Below the pieces are notes generated by a model. That model was not told the origin of the DNA. It did not search any database and saw only the letters and a program-made list of their open reading frames with translations. Positions 48,701-62,190 of a stretch of DNA of 64,000 nucleotides are shown piece by piece (positions within the stretch are counted from its first letter, which is position 1; the number at the start of each line of letters is the position of its first letter). The DNA is taken from the NCBI RefSeq assembly GCF_035084215.1, contig NC_090357.1, positions 19,096,001 to 19,160,000 on the forward strand, read 5' to 3'. This stretch comes from Heptranchias perlo (lineage: Eukaryota). A program made the position numbers and the translations under genes.

Positions 48701-49745
48701 TTGGTTGAGAGACAGGAAACAGAGAGTAGGAATAAACGGGTCTTTTTCCGGGTGGCAGGCAGTGACTAGTGGGTACCACAGGGATCAGTGCTTGGGCCCC
48801 AGCTATTCAAAATATAGATCAATGATTTGGATGAGGGAACTAAATGTAACATTTCCAAGTTTGCAGACGACACAAAGCTGGGGTGGAACGTGAGCTATGA
48901 GGAGCATGCAAAGAGGCTCCAATATGATTTAGACAAGTTGGGTGAGTGGGCAAGAACATGGCAGATGCAGTATAATGTGGATAAATGTGAGGTTATCCAC
49001 TTTGGTTGTAAAAACAGAAAGACAGATTATCATCTGAATGGTGATAGATTGGAAAAAAGGGAGTTGCAATGAGACCTGGGTGTCCTTGTACACCAGTCGC
49101 TGAAAGCGAGCATTCAGGTGCAGCAAGCAGTTAGGAAGGCGAATGGTATGTTGGACCTCATTGCAAGAGGATTTGAGTACAGGAGCAGGGATGTCTTACT
49201 GCAGTTATACGGGGCCTTGGTGAGACCACATCTGGAGTATTGTGTGCAGTTTTGGTCTCCTTATCTGAGGAAGGATGTCCTTGCCATGGAGGAAATGCAA
49301 TGAAGGTTTACCAGACTGATTCCTGGGATGGCAGGACTGACGTATGAGGAGAGATTAGGTCGACTAGGCCTATATTCACTAGAGTTGTAACAGGACTAGA
49401 CAGACTAGATGCAGAGAGGATGTTCCCAATGGCTGGGGAGTCCAGAACCAGGGGTCACAGTCTCAGGATACAGGGTATGCCGTTTAGAACCGAGATGAGG
49501 AGAAATTTCTTCACTCAGAGGGTGGTGAACCTGTGGAATTCTCTACCACTGAAGGCATAGGAGTACAAGTCATTAGATGTATTCAAGAAGGAAATAGATA
49601 TATGTATTAATGCTAAGGGGATCACGGGATATGGGGGAAAAAGCGGGAACAGGGTACTGAGTTAGATGATCAGCCACGATCATTGTGAATGGCGGAGCAG
49701 GCCCAAAGGGCCGAATGGCCTACTCTTGCTCTTATTTTCTATGTT
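45777..49745 (+). mobile_element. Near full-length inactivated CR1 LINE, inverted twin of 27095-31590
   Basis: ORF1 45794-46716 and ORF2 fragments 46847-49660, highly similar to the minus-strand copy. Confidence 0.95.
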
Positions 49746-49857
49746 ACCTTAAGCAGCTGATTGAGGAGACGCCAATAATCCTGGAGAACAATACCAGGAA
49801 CTACCCACTTACTTTGGAGCTGCCTTTTCCGAGACAGGTGAATAGAATTTTCTGCTA

Positions 49858-51870
49858 ATAACAGCAACTTGCATTTATATAGCACCTTAAACGTCCCAAC
49901 TTCACAGGAGCGATTATCAAAAAAAATTTGACACCGAGCCACATAAAAAGATATTAGAGCAGGTGACAAGAGGTAGGTTTTAAGGAGCGTCTTATAGGAG
50001 GAGAAAGAGGTAGAGAGGTGGAGAGGTTTAGGGAGGGAATTCCAGAGCTTAGGACCTAGGCAGCTGAAGGCACGGCTGCCAATGATGGTGGCAAAAAAAT
50101 TGGGAATGCGCAAGAGGCCAGAATGGGAGAAGAGCAGTGACCTCAGAATGTTTTAGGGTTGGAGGATGTTACAGAGATAGGGAGGGGTGAGGCCATGGAG
50201 AGATTTGAAAACAAGGATGAGAAGTTTAAAATCGAGGCATTGTCGGACCGGGAGCTAATGTCGGTCAGCGAGCACAGGGTGATGGTTGACTAGGACTTGG
50301 TGCGAGTTAGGATATGGTCAGCAGAGTTTTACAGAGGGTGCAAGGTGGGAGGCCAGCCTGAAGAACATAAGAACATAAGAAATTGGAGCAGGAGTAGGCC
50401 AATCGGCCCCTCGAGCCTGCTCCGCCATTCAATAAGATCATGGCTGATCTGATCCCAACCACAAATCTAAAGAACACAAGAAGTCGGAGCAGGACCCGGC
50501 CACACAGCCCCTGGGCCCTCTCCGCCACCCACAGGGCATTGACCGATCCGAACTCAGCTTCATGTCCAATTTCCTGCCCGCTCCCCATAACCCCTAATTC
50601 CCTTTACTTCTAGGAAACTGTCTATTTCTGTTTTAAATTTATCTAATGATGTAGCTTCCACAGCTTCCTGGGGCAGCAAATTCCACAGACCTACCACCCT
50701 CTGAGTGAAGAAGTTTCTCCTCATCTCAGTTTTGAAAGAGCAGCCCCTTATTCTAAGATTATGCCCCCTAGTTCTAGTTTCACCCATCTTTGGGAACATC
50801 CTTACTGCATCCACCCGATCAAGACCCTTCACAATCTTATATGTTTCAATAAGATCGCCTCTCATTCTTCTGAACTCCAATGAGTAGAGTCCCAATCTAC
50901 TCAACCTCTCCTCATATGTCCGCCCCCTCATCCCCGGGATTAACCGAGTGAACCTTCTTTGTACTGCCTCGAGAGCAAGTATGTCTTTTCTTAAGTATGG
51001 AGACCAAAACTGTATGCAGTATTCCAGGTGCGGTCTCACCAATACCTTATATAACTGCAGCAATACCTCCTTGTTTTTATATTCTATCCCCCTAGCAATA
51101 AAAGCCAACATTCCGTTGGCTTTCTTGATCACCTGCTGCACCTGCAAACTAACTTTTTGATTTTCTTGCACTAGGACCCCCAGATCCCTTTGTACTGCAG
51201 TACTTTCCAGTCTCTCGCCATTAAGAAAATAACTTGCTCTCTGATTTTTCCTGCCAAAGTGCATAACCTCACATTTTCCAATATTATATTGCATCTGCCA
51301 AATCTCCGCCCACTCACCCAGCCTGTCTATATCCCCTTGCAGGTTTTTTATGTCCTCCTCACTCTCTACTTTCCCTCCCATCTTTGTATCATCTGCAAAT
51401 TTTGATATGTTGCACTCGGTCCCCTCCTCCAAATCGTTAATATAGATTGTAAAGAGTTGGGGACCCAGCACCGACCCCTGTGGAACACCACTGGTTACTG
51501 GTTGCCAGTCCGAAAATGAACCATTTATCCCAACTCTCTGCTTCCTGTTCGATAACCAATCCTCCACCCATGCCAGAATATTACCCCCAATCCCGTGATT
51601 TTTTATCTTAAGTAATAATCTTTTATGTGGCACCTTGTCGAATGCCTTCTGGAAGTCTAAATACACTATGTCCACTGGTTCCCCTTTATCCACCCTATAC
51701 AATTGGAATAGTAGAGTCTGGAGGTAACAAAAGGTTATCATCTGCTGCTGAGGGTTTCAGCAGCAAGTGAGCTGAGGCAGGGGCGATATTATGGAGGTGA
51801 AAGTGGGCGGTCTTGGTAATGGAGAGGATATGTGGTCGGAAGTTAAGCTCAGGGTCAAATAGGAACCAAT
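49858..51870 (-). mobile_element. L2 LINE 3' end split by a young CR1
   Basis: GSRAFSCLGPKLWNSLP..KTLLKTYL; tail AACTTGCATTTATATAGC; resumes at about 51700. Confidence 0.8.
50361..51697 (-). mobile_element. Young 5'-truncated CR1 with open RT C-terminal half
   Basis: Stop-free frame 51697->50560; (TTCTTATG)n tail. Confidence 0.95.
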
Positions 51871-51934
51871 GTAATCAATGTACATCTTCTTGAAGTCTTT
51901 ATAGTCCTTGCTTTTTGCAAACCTCCTAGTTTTA

Positions 51935-53655
51935 AGAACGTAAGAAATAGGAGCAGGAGTAGGCCATACAGCCCCTCAAGCCTGCTTCGCCATTCAATAA
52001 GATCATGGCTGATCTTCGACCTCAACTCTACTTTCCCACCTGATCCCCATATCCCTCGATTCCCTTCGAGTCCAAAAATCTATCGATCTCAGTCTTGAAT
52101 ATACTCAATGGCTGAGCATCCACAGCCCTGAGAGATTTCCAAAGATTCACAATCCGATGAGTGAAGAAATTTCTCCTCATCTCAGTCCTAAATGGCCGAT
52201 CCCTTATCCTGAGACTATGCCCCTAAGTTCTAGTCTCTCCAGCCAGGGGAAGCAGCCTCTCAGCATCTACCCTGTCAAGCCCGCACTCAATGAGATCACT
52301 TCTCATTCTTCTCACTCTAGAGAGTACAGGCCCATTCTACTCAACCGTTCCTCATAGGACAACCCTCTCATCCCAGGAATCAATCTAGTGAACCTTCGTT
52401 GCACCTGCTCTAAGGCAAGTATATCCTCTTTTGGAGACCAAAACTGTAAACAGTATTCCAGGTATGGTCTCACCAAAGCCCTGTACAATTGTAGCAAGAC
52501 TTCCTTACTCTTTATTGCAAGGGGGTTGCAGTTCAAGGCCAACATACCATTTGCCTTCCTAATTGTTTGCTGTATCTGCATGTTAATTTTCTGTGGTTTG
52601 TGTACAAGGACACCCAAATCCCTCAGAACACCAACATTTAATGGTTTCTCACCATTCAAAAAATATTCTGTTTTTCTATTCTTCCTACCAAAGTGAATAA
52701 CCTCACATTTCCCCACATTATATTCCACGTTTACTTTCGCTACTCGCTTTCTTTTTACATACTTATAGAAGCTCTTACAACCTGTTTTTATATTTCTTGC
52801 TAGTTTACTCTCATTTTCTATTTTCTCCCTCTATATAAATTTTTTGGTTATCCTTTGTTGGTTTCTAAAACTCTCCCAATCCTCAGGCTTACTACTCTTC
52901 TTGGCAACATTATAAGCCTCTTCTTTTAATCTAATACTATCCTTAACATCTTTAGTTAGCCTCGGATGGATCACTTTTCCTGTGGAGTTTTTATTCCTTA
53001 ATGGAATGTGTATTCATTGAGAATTATGAAATATTTAATTAAATGTTCACCATTGCTCATCTACCGTCATATCTTTTAATCTAATTTCGCAACCAACCTT
53101 AGCCAACTCGCCCCTCGTACCTTTGTAATTGGCTTTGTTTAAGTTTAAGTTTAAGACTCAAGTTTCGGATTAGTTAGGTCACTCTCGAACTTAATATGAA
53201 ATTCTGTCATATTATGATCACTCTTCCCCAGAGAGTTCCTTACTATGAGATTACTAATTAACCCTGTCTCATTACACAAGACAAAATCTAAAATAGCCTG
53301 ATCCCTTGTTGGTTCCACGACGTATTATTCTAGGTAACTGTCTCGAATACATTTCATGAACTCGTTCTCCAAACTACTTTTGCCAATTTGATTTGCCCAA
53401 AGTATATATGAACTTTTTACTATTTTACCCTGATTTGACCTTATTCACTGATGCACTATTACCGTTAAACTCTCTGTCCCTTCCTGACACACTCTACTTA
53501 TCTTTACCCAAATCGCTACACTGCTCTGCGGCCTTGACTTTTCCCTTTAGATTTATAAATTTACCCTTACCTGAACCCTCCCCCCTTTTTAGTTTAAAGC
53601 CCTATTTTCCACCTTAGTTATTCGATTACCAGGACGCTGGTCCCAGCCCTGTTCT
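51935..53655 (-). mobile_element. CR1 LINE with several internal deletions
   Basis: ORF1 end (about 53590-53655), EN remnant, RT C-terminus and 3' tail. Confidence 0.88.
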
Positions 53656-55469
53656 ATGCCATCAGTAAATTTCAAAATCGTTTCCTGTATAGAAATGTCC
53701 AAATCACCCATACATAGAGAACAAAAGTGGAGTCAACATTCACCCCCAGGGTACGTCATTTTAAACCAGTTCGAAAACACCAATTTAACTTAACTTTTGG
53801 TTCCTTTTTCACCAACCAAATTTCTGTCTTTTCTCTTGTGCCATACTCCTGGCACATCCCTCTTGTGAGATACCTTACTGAATACCTTCTGTGAATCCAT
53901 ATGCACTACATCTACTAATTTTTGTGCATCCTCCTTTTCCTTCACTCTGCCATTGATGGCAGAGCCTTTAGCTATTATAGATGGACAATCTGGAATTTTC
54001 TTTCTAAATTGCCCCACCTTCAAACTAACCCCTCGACTACACCTTTCTTTGCCTCCCTAACCTCCTTCTTCCACTTCCTGTTTGGTGTCTGAATCACTCT
54101 CGGACATTTCAATAGTTAAAAACACAATATAAGTCTAAGGGTTTTCACTATTGACCATACTCAGAAACAAAGGTGACTGCTCAGTCTGTACACCAGTTGG
54201 CGCTGTTCTAGAAGTCTACATGCTGGGTGTCACTTTATTATATCCTTTTCCTTTTTCTCAAATTGACCATTGTCCCTCTAAAGTTCAACATGACTGGGTT
54301 AAATCCCTTTCCCTAGTATGAACTATAATTCTCTTCTAAAATGTCATATACTTTGAGCTCAAAATGGAACGAACAAAGAAACATTTCAAACAAGCAATAA
54401 ATGACGAAGTAACAAAATCTTTCAAGTGAGTTAGCCTCATTACAGTCCTTCTGGATCTGGTCACAACTACTTGCGATCATGATTCATCATCATCATCCTT
54501 TTGAGGTTTAACCTTGTCTGATGATGTCATTCACCTTGTTATTTAAATATACAGTTTGCAGAGAAGGAGGAGCTTCAATTGCCTCTTTTTAATTGATCCA
54601 TAAAGATGACACTGCGTTGCCCCAGTGTCAACCACAGAGAAACAAATGTGCATGTGCCCCTTTGTTTTAAGGAGGCACAACTAATAAAAGAATTGAACCA
54701 TCAAATCCGATTTCAACAAAATGTCTATTCCGTTAGGCCTGTTTTGGCACCTGATCTCAGTCTGGAGGTGTGAGCAGATAATTTAAGCTGTATGTTCTTC
54801 TAGGCCACAGATTCGAAATGGAATCATCCACATAACATGATCAGCAATTGGTTTAACCCCAGCCTGACGTGTGATAACATAAAAACACAGGTAATTGCTC
54901 AGGCTGTACACCAGATACCGCTGGCACAGGACTCTAAATCTAAACACGCTGTTGACAGAACAATTCACATTGTTGCATCCACTGCCACAAATGATAGACA
55001 TCAGGCTGAGCCCAGATTGATTAACTTGGCAATGCAATGATCGAAATGAACCACATATGTGCAGTAAGAACAGCAAGGACCAGATTTCTGCCCCTTTCTG
55101 CCTACATACACGAGGGGCAGCCAAGAAGCAAATTTCCTGCTCCACCCTCTTATCAGAACATCAGGATGATTCAGGCAACAAAATATGTTTTAAAAAATAA
55201 ATAAACCCCTATTTTTGAAGCCACTTGTCTGTCACCTAATCTAACTGTTGTGCAATAGCTTTCAGGGATCATCTATTTTCGAAGATGGAACCTGATTAAA
55301 TTTCATTTTCAGCTGAGTTTTAGTGTGCGTGAAAATGCCACGGTCACGTTGGAGAGAGAAGCATAAGGGCCTTTTCAAAAGCTGCAGTTCATATCAAGAA
55401 AATGTCAGTTGTACAAAAAAAAGGCAGACTAACCCTGAGCTGCGAGTTTAGCAGCTCTTACTGGCTTGT

Positions 55470-55792
55470 GCAGGCGGGATCTGTTCAAGATCGACAGGTT
55501 GCATCTCAACAGAGCTGGGACCAATATCCTCGTGGGAAGGTTAACTAGTGCTGTGGGGGAGGGTTTAAACTAATTTGGCAGTCAGATGGGCACCAGGGTG
55601 AAATATTAGAGAGGACTAGGAGGGACAAGTAGCACTGGAGTAAAGAATAGTTCAGAAATCGGAGAGATTAGACAGGGGGCAGATGTGAGGCAGTCTAAGA
55701 TGAGCATATGTGCGAAAACGCTCGTAACGTGGCGTTATATAAATATTTGTTGTTTGCTATAACTTTTAATAATATCTCATGGTAAATAAGGC
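55470..55792 (+). repeat. Duplicated CR1 ORF1/ORF2 junction fragment
   Basis: Similar to 56260-56550 joined to 59180-59221. Confidence 0.8.
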
Positions 55793-56803
55793 GGCATATG
55801 CAGGAGGCAGACCTCAGTTCATCCAGGATACAGTGAGGTTGTTACCGTGATGTTTTATATCACTAATTATATTTAGCTGCAGCCTGGTACTGTACAAACA
55901 GTCAACACCACTTCTGACATTTGTTTAAGAGCAGCATGCAATAATTCCACTACATCCCTTCAAGAACATCACTGAGAGGGTGCAGAATATTGAGGGGGGA
56001 AGGGGAACACCCAGAAGTCAAGGTCCATGTGGGAGTCAATGACATAGGAAGGAAAAGGTCCTGCAGTCAGAGTTTCAGGAGCTCGGGAGTAAGTTAAAAA
56101 GCAGGACCTCAAAGATAGTAACCTCTGGATTACTCCCAGTGCCATGTGTTAGTGAGTATAGGAATAGTTGGATAAGACAGGTTAATGCATGGCTGGAGCA
56201 ATGGTGCAGGAGGAACGGCTTCAGATTTCTGGAGCATTGGGACCAGTTCTGGGACAGGAGGGATCTGTTCAAGATGGACGGGTTGCACCTCAACAGAGCT
56301 GGGACCAATATCTGCCCGGGGAGGTTAACTAGTGCTGTGGAGGAGGGTTTAAACTAATTTGGCAGAGGGGTGGGCACCAGGATGAAACATTAGAGAGGAG
56401 AAACAAGGTGCACAGAGGACCGCGAGAGGCAAGTAGCCCTAGAGTAAAGAATAGTTCAAAAATAGGAGGGATCAGGGGGCAGATGCGAGGCAGTCTAAGA
56501 TGAGATTGGAGTGCATATGCGTAAACACGTAGCGTAGTGTTATATAATTATATTGGGGGTTAAATTGGATAAGGCCTGATATAGAGCGCGGGGGTCGCGG
56601 TGCGAGGTTAACCCCTGCCCAGCGTTACTGATGCAGGCACCACGAGAGATTCGTGCTGCATCCTTATTTCCATGATTCCCATGTGCAGCCAGCGCTACCC
56701 GCGCCGTTGAGTGGCTGAACGCACCAACAAGAGGCCCGATATGGGGCGGAGCCAGCACTAGGTAAAGGCAACCTGCACCTCTTAAAGGGGAGGTGCACTG
56801 TCA

Positions 56804-57070
56804 ATGGAAGCAGTGCAGGATGACAGGCAGAATGGCTGGAGCAGCAAGAGAGCTTGCACCGAGGTTCTCCGACAGCACACTGGAGGCCTTAGTGGAGGGA
56901 GTGCAGGAACGGAGAGCCATCCTGTACCTGTAGGGCGGCAGGAGACCCTCCAGACACCAGCTGCAGAGGCAGTGGGAGGAAGTGGCCGTGGAGGTGAATG
57001 GCAGGAATATAGCACCACGCGTTAATACAGTGCTGGAAAAAGTTAAATGATTTGATGTGAGTGGTCAAGG
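56804..57070 (+). pseudogene. Harbinger Myb/SANT-like DNA-binding protein remnant
   Basis: Shifted frames give PRFSDSTLEALVEGVQERRAILY..QWEEVAVEVNGR..QCWKKLNDL, followed by a GTGAGT donor. Confidence 0.75.
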
Positions 57071-57689
57071 TGAGTGAATGCAAGTGTCAAGTGGCACATC
57101 CTGCCAACCGTAGCTCTGCTCCAAGCATGACACCCACCCCTCACCCACCCACCAACAAACGCTGCCCATCTATATACAACGCTGCTCGTTGGATGCTGCA
57201 TCTCACCCTCACATAGTAGCACACTTGCATTCCACACATCCACTATTCACAGGTCACATATACTAGCAGCTATTCAACAATGAGAGGCACATCACCCAAA
57301 CACATTGAAGGACACTCACTGACACACTTCCCTATGTCTTGCAGGAGAAGGTGGCACATAACACCTGGGAAGACTGAAAGACCCAAGGGAGGACACCTAC
57401 ATGTCCTCATCCTCCTGGAGGAGACCGTGCCATTGGGCAGAACGTCGCTGTGTCCGTAGCAATGTGTAATCATATGACGGGTGATGTGATGGCCATGTGG
57501 GAGAGGACAGGTGGGGAGTATGGGACTGTTGCTGACTTGGGAGGTGTCATTGAGGTTAGTGATATTGCTCACGAATAAGGTGAGCACACAGAGCCCTGGC
57601 AGGCAGGGCCTGTGCACCTTGTTGCCTCCTTGCATCTTCCTCCACTCCCTCCTCCGTCTCTTCCCTTCCTCTTCTCCTCCTCTTCCTCT

Positions 57690-58682
57690 GCCTCAGGGTC
57701 TTGCCGGATAGGCGGTAGAAAAGGCAATTCCCTCATGAGGTTGTGCAGCATGCAGCATACCATGACGAATCTTGACCCCAGTCAGCGGAGTACTGCAGGG
57801 CTCCTCCAGAACGGTCCAGGCAGCAGAAGCAGTGCTTTAGTTGGCCCATAGTGTGCTCAACGATGTTCCGTGTGGCCGCGTGGCTCTCGTTGTCGGCCTG
57901 CTCTGCACATGTGTGTGCGTGCCTGACTGGAGTCATGAGGCACCTCATGAGGGGATAGCCCTTGTCACTCAGTAGCCAGCCTTTGACTTGCCAAGCCGGA
58001 TCAAAGATAGTTGGGACATTGGACTACCGCATAATGAAGGCGTCATGACTGCTGCCAGGGTAGCGGGCATTGATCTGCATGAGGCGCTGCGTGTTGTCGC
58101 ACACCAGCTGCACATTCAAAGACCGGTATCCCTTTCTGTTCATAAAGATGGCCGAGTTGATATTTGGAGCACGCATGGCGATATGCGTGCAGTCAATGGC
58201 GCCATGCACCATGGGGAAGCCTGCAATGCGAGCAAACCCTCATGCTCGCTTGTTCTGCTTCTTTCTGTCAAGCAAGAAGGATATGAATCTGTTGCGCAGC
58301 TCGTACAGTGCCTCAGTGACCTCCCTTATGTAGCAGTGCACTGCAAACTGCGAGGTGTTGCACACATCACCAGCAGAGGCCTCAAAGGATCCAGCGCCGT
58401 AAATGTTCAGCACCACGGTTACCTTGACAGCCACAGGCAATGTTGTCCTTGCCCTGCTCTGAGGCTGCAGCAGTTAATGTATCTCCGTCACAACCTCTTT
58501 AGTGAACCGCAGCCGTCAGATGCACTGATCTTCGCTCAAGTGTATTGTTCCCTGAAGGCCCTCATGGGTTATGGCCTCCTGCTCAGTGCCCTATGCCTCC
58601 TCATCCCTCTCCTCACCTGCTCTGCATGCTCCCATATTTTTTCTATGCCCAGCGGGACCCCTAACCGGCCACCCATGGTTGC
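57690..58682 (-). pseudogene. Harbinger (HARBI1-like) DDE transposase remnant
   Basis: GAIDCTHI, NRKGYRSLNVQLVCD, YPGSSHDAFI, HAATRNIVEHTMGQLK, CCMLHN; frameshifted. Confidence 0.9.
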
Positions 58683-61179
58683 CAGAAATTTTGTTCAGCA
58701 CACTGTTGTAAATGACACAAACAGTAATGCAGGACCTGCCTAACCACTCTTTATATACTATTGCAACATTCTCCAAGTATTGGAAGTTTCAACAAACACG
58801 TACAATTGTACCAGCAGCCAGAAGCAATAATCCAGCCACTAACCTGCAACACCTGCATGATCCCTTTAAATAGCACTGGTGGGGGATCCTCAAGGCCGTC
58901 TAAGATGTGTTCAGCTGTTCCTGGTTAAGAAAGTTAATTGGCTGGAGCATTGAGTTCCAAAATGGTGTCTATCCCTTTAAATCAGCATTGCACACTGATC
59001 TAATGCACATTCTTCCTAATTTACATGATGCTGGCGTTCATTATCTGCATGTGTGCAAACGCCTTTACCAAAATAGCGTCTGACGCACAACATGCCAGAA
59101 GCATGGCGCATTCTGGATGCCATTTTGGGGCCTTAAGAGGCCGCGTAGTGCCAGAAAAACGGGTGCTACACAGCCAAATTTGTTTACAATAGCTCTTAAT
59201 AATAACTTGTGGTAAATAAGGTTGGTGAGCTGAAGGTTCAAGTCGCCACATGGGACTATGATATAGTGGCAATAACAGAGAGCTGGCTCAAAGAAGGGGA
59301 GGATTGGGTACTTAATATTCCTGGCTACAAGGTATTCAGGAAAGATAGGGAAGGAAAGAAAGGAGTGGGGGGGTGTGGCAGTATTGATCAAAGAAACTAT
59401 TCTAGCACTGGAAAGGGATGATATAGTTGAGGGGTCAAAGACAGAATCTATTTGGTTAGAATTAAGGAACAATAGAGGAGCTATTACACTACTGGGTGTA
59501 TACTAAAGGCTACCAAATAGTGGGAAGGAGGTAGAGGAGCAAATTTGCAGAAAAATCACAGAAAGATGCAAGAACTATGGAGTAGTGATAATGGGGGACT
59601 GCAATTATCCCAATATAGGCTGGGACAGTAATAGTGTAAAGGGCAAAGAGGGGGAGGAATTCCTGAAATGTGTTTGAGAGTACTTTCTGGAACAGTGTGT
59701 TTCCAGCCAACCAGGAAGGAAACAGTGCTGAATCGAGTCCTGGGGAATGAAGTGGGGCAGGTGGAGCATGTTACAGTGGGGGAGCATTTGGGGAACAGTG
59801 ATCATAATATCATTATGTTTAGAATAGTTATGGAAAAGGACAAGGAACTATCAATGTGAAAATGCTTAATTGGAGGAGGGCAAATTTCAGTGAGTTATAA
59901 GGGGATCCTGCCCAGGTGGAATGGAATCAAAAATTGGTAGGCAAAATAGTAATTGAACAATGGGAGGCCTTCAAGGAGCAATTGGTTCAGGACAAATTAG
60001 GGACAAAAAAGGAGATCTTCTTGTGGAGGCAGAGAGCACGTCTGAGGTGCTAAATGAATACTTCGCATCCATCTTCACTGGAGAAGTGGATGCTGCCATT
60101 GTAGCAGTAAAGGAGGAGGTAGTAGCGATATTGGATAGGATAAAAATAGATAAAGGAGGTACTTAAAAGATTGGCAGTACCCAAAGTAGAAAAGTGACCT
60201 GGTCCAGATGGTTCCATCCAAGGTTACTGAGGGAAGTAAGGGTGGAAATCATCCAGTCCTCCTTAGATATGGGGATGATGCTAGAGGACTGGAGGATTGC
60301 AAATGCTACGGTCCCTGTTCAAAAAAGGGGAGAGGGATAAACCCGGCAATTACATGCCAGTCGGCCTAACATCGGTGGTGGGGAAACTTTTAGAGACAAT
60401 AACCTGGGACAAAATGAATTGGCACTTGGAAAAGTATGGGCTAATAAATGAAAGTCAGCACAGATTTGTTAAAGGAAAATCACGTTTGACTAACCTGATT
60501 GAGTTTTTTGATGAAGTAACGGAAAAGGGTTCATGAGGGTAGTATGGCTGATGTTGTGTATATGGACTTACAAAAGACATTTGATGAAGTACCACATAAT
60601 AGACTTGTTAGCAATATTAATGCCCGTGAGATTAAAGGGACAGTGGCAGCATGGATACAAAATTGGCTAGGGGACAAAAAGCAGAGAGTAGTGGTGAACG
60701 GTTGTTTTTCAGACTAGAGGGAAGTATATGGTAGTGTTCCTTAGGGATCAGTATTGGGACCAATGCTTTTTTTGATATATATTAATGACCTGGACTTGGG
60801 TATAGAAGGTATAATTTCCAAAATTTGAGATGACACAAAACTCAGAAATGTAGTAAACAATGTGAAGGTTAGTAACAGACTTCAGGAGGACACAGACATA
60901 CTGGTGAAATGGGCAGACATGTGGCAGATGAAATTTAACGCAGAGAAGTGTGAAAAGTGTGAAATGCATTTTGGTAGGAAAAATAAGGAGAGGCAATATA
61001 AACTAAATGGTACAATTTTAAAGGAACAGAGACACCTTGGGGTGCACATACATAAATCTTTGAAGGTGGCAGAACAAGTTGAGAAGGCTGTTAAAAAAGC
61101 ATATGGGATCTTGGGCTTTATTAATAGATGTAAGGAATCTTACAACACCAGGTTATAGTCCAACTGTTTTATTTGAAAA

Positions 61180-61216
61180 TCACAAGCTTTCGGAGGCTTT
61201 CTCCTTCGTCAGGTGA
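61180..61216 (-). ncRNA. Minimal type I hammerhead ribozyme
   Basis: TCAC-CTGACGA-A-GGAG/AAAGC/CTCC-GAAA-GC-TT-GTGA. Confidence 0.8.
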
Positions 61217-61479
61217 GCGAGTGTGGGATTCCATGGAAGGTTACCGCATTTATATTCAGAGAACAATACCTGGTGATTACAGATAATCTTTCCAACTGCC
61301 CGTTGTCAAGGCAATCAAAGTGTTCAGACAGAGTGATGTTACCTACAGGACCACCGAATACACAAACGGCCAGAACACAAAACAGAGAGAGAGAGAGAGG
61401 GAGAAACATCCGAAAGGAAGAGAAAGACAGAGAATGACCCGTTGTGTTAAAAACAGATAACTTTTTTTCGCTGGTGGGG

Positions 61480-61760
61480 TTACGTGTAGCGTGACATGAA
61501 CCCAAGATCCCGGTTGAGGCCGTCCTCATGGGTGCGGAACTTGGCTATCAATTTCTGCTCGACGATTTTGCGTTGTCGTGTGTCTCGAAGGCCGCCTTGG
61601 AGAACGCTTACCCGAAGATCGGTGGCTGAATGTCCTTGACTGCTGAAGTGTTCCCCGACTGGGAGGGAACCCTCCTGTCTGGCGATTGTTGCGCGGTGTC
61701 CGTTCATCCGTTGTTGCAGTGTCTGCATGGTCTCGCCAATGTACCATGCTACGGGGCATC
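61480..61760 (-). pseudogene. C-terminal GIY-YIG endonuclease of a Penelope-like ORF (5'-truncated)
   Basis: CPVAWYIGETMQTLQQRMNGHR..VGEHF..RKIVEQKLIAKFRT..GLNRD. Confidence 0.9.
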
Positions 61761-62153
61761 CTTCAAGCGTACTCCAAGGCGGCCTTCGAGACACACGACA
61801 ACGCAAAATCGTCGAGCAGAAATTGATAGCCAAGTTCCGCACCCATGAGGACGGCCTCAACCGGGATCTTGGGTTCATGTCACGCTACACGTAACCCCAC
61901 CAGCAAAAAAAAGTTATCTGTTTTTAACACAACGGGTCATTCTCTGTCTTTCTCTTCCTTTCGGTTGTTTCTCCCTCTCTCTCTCTGTTTTGTGTTCTGG
62001 CCGTTTGTGTATTCGGTGGTCCTGTAGGTAACATCACTCTGTTTGAACACTTTGATTGCCTTGACAACGGGCAGTTGGAAAGATTATCTGTAATCACCAG
62101 GTATTGTTCTCTGAATACAAATGCGGTAACCTTCCATGGAATCCCACACTCGC

Positions 62154-62190
62154 TCACCTGACGAAGGAGAAAGCCTCCGAAAGCTTGTCA
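62154..62190 (+). ncRNA. Minimal type I hammerhead ribozyme (one stem I mismatch)
   Basis: CTGACGA at 62158-62164, GAAA at 62179-62182. Confidence 0.72.

Larger units (their letters stand above)
56554..59181. mobile_element. Decayed PIF/Harbinger DNA transposon
   Basis: Left end GGGGGTTAAATTGG; convergent Myb/SANT-like and DDE transposase remnants; right end truncated. Confidence 0.85.

Noticed and set aside
54783-55145. Cys-rich 120-aa ORF in unique sequence
   Set aside because: No Ig or other motif, non-ATG start, no convincing splice sites.
57988-58743. 251-aa plus-strand ORF
   Set aside because: Antisense to the Harbinger transposase remnant.
61761-61878. N-terminal part of the 132-aa ORF 61480-61878
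   Set aside because: Antisense of the opposite arm, fused in frame by chance.
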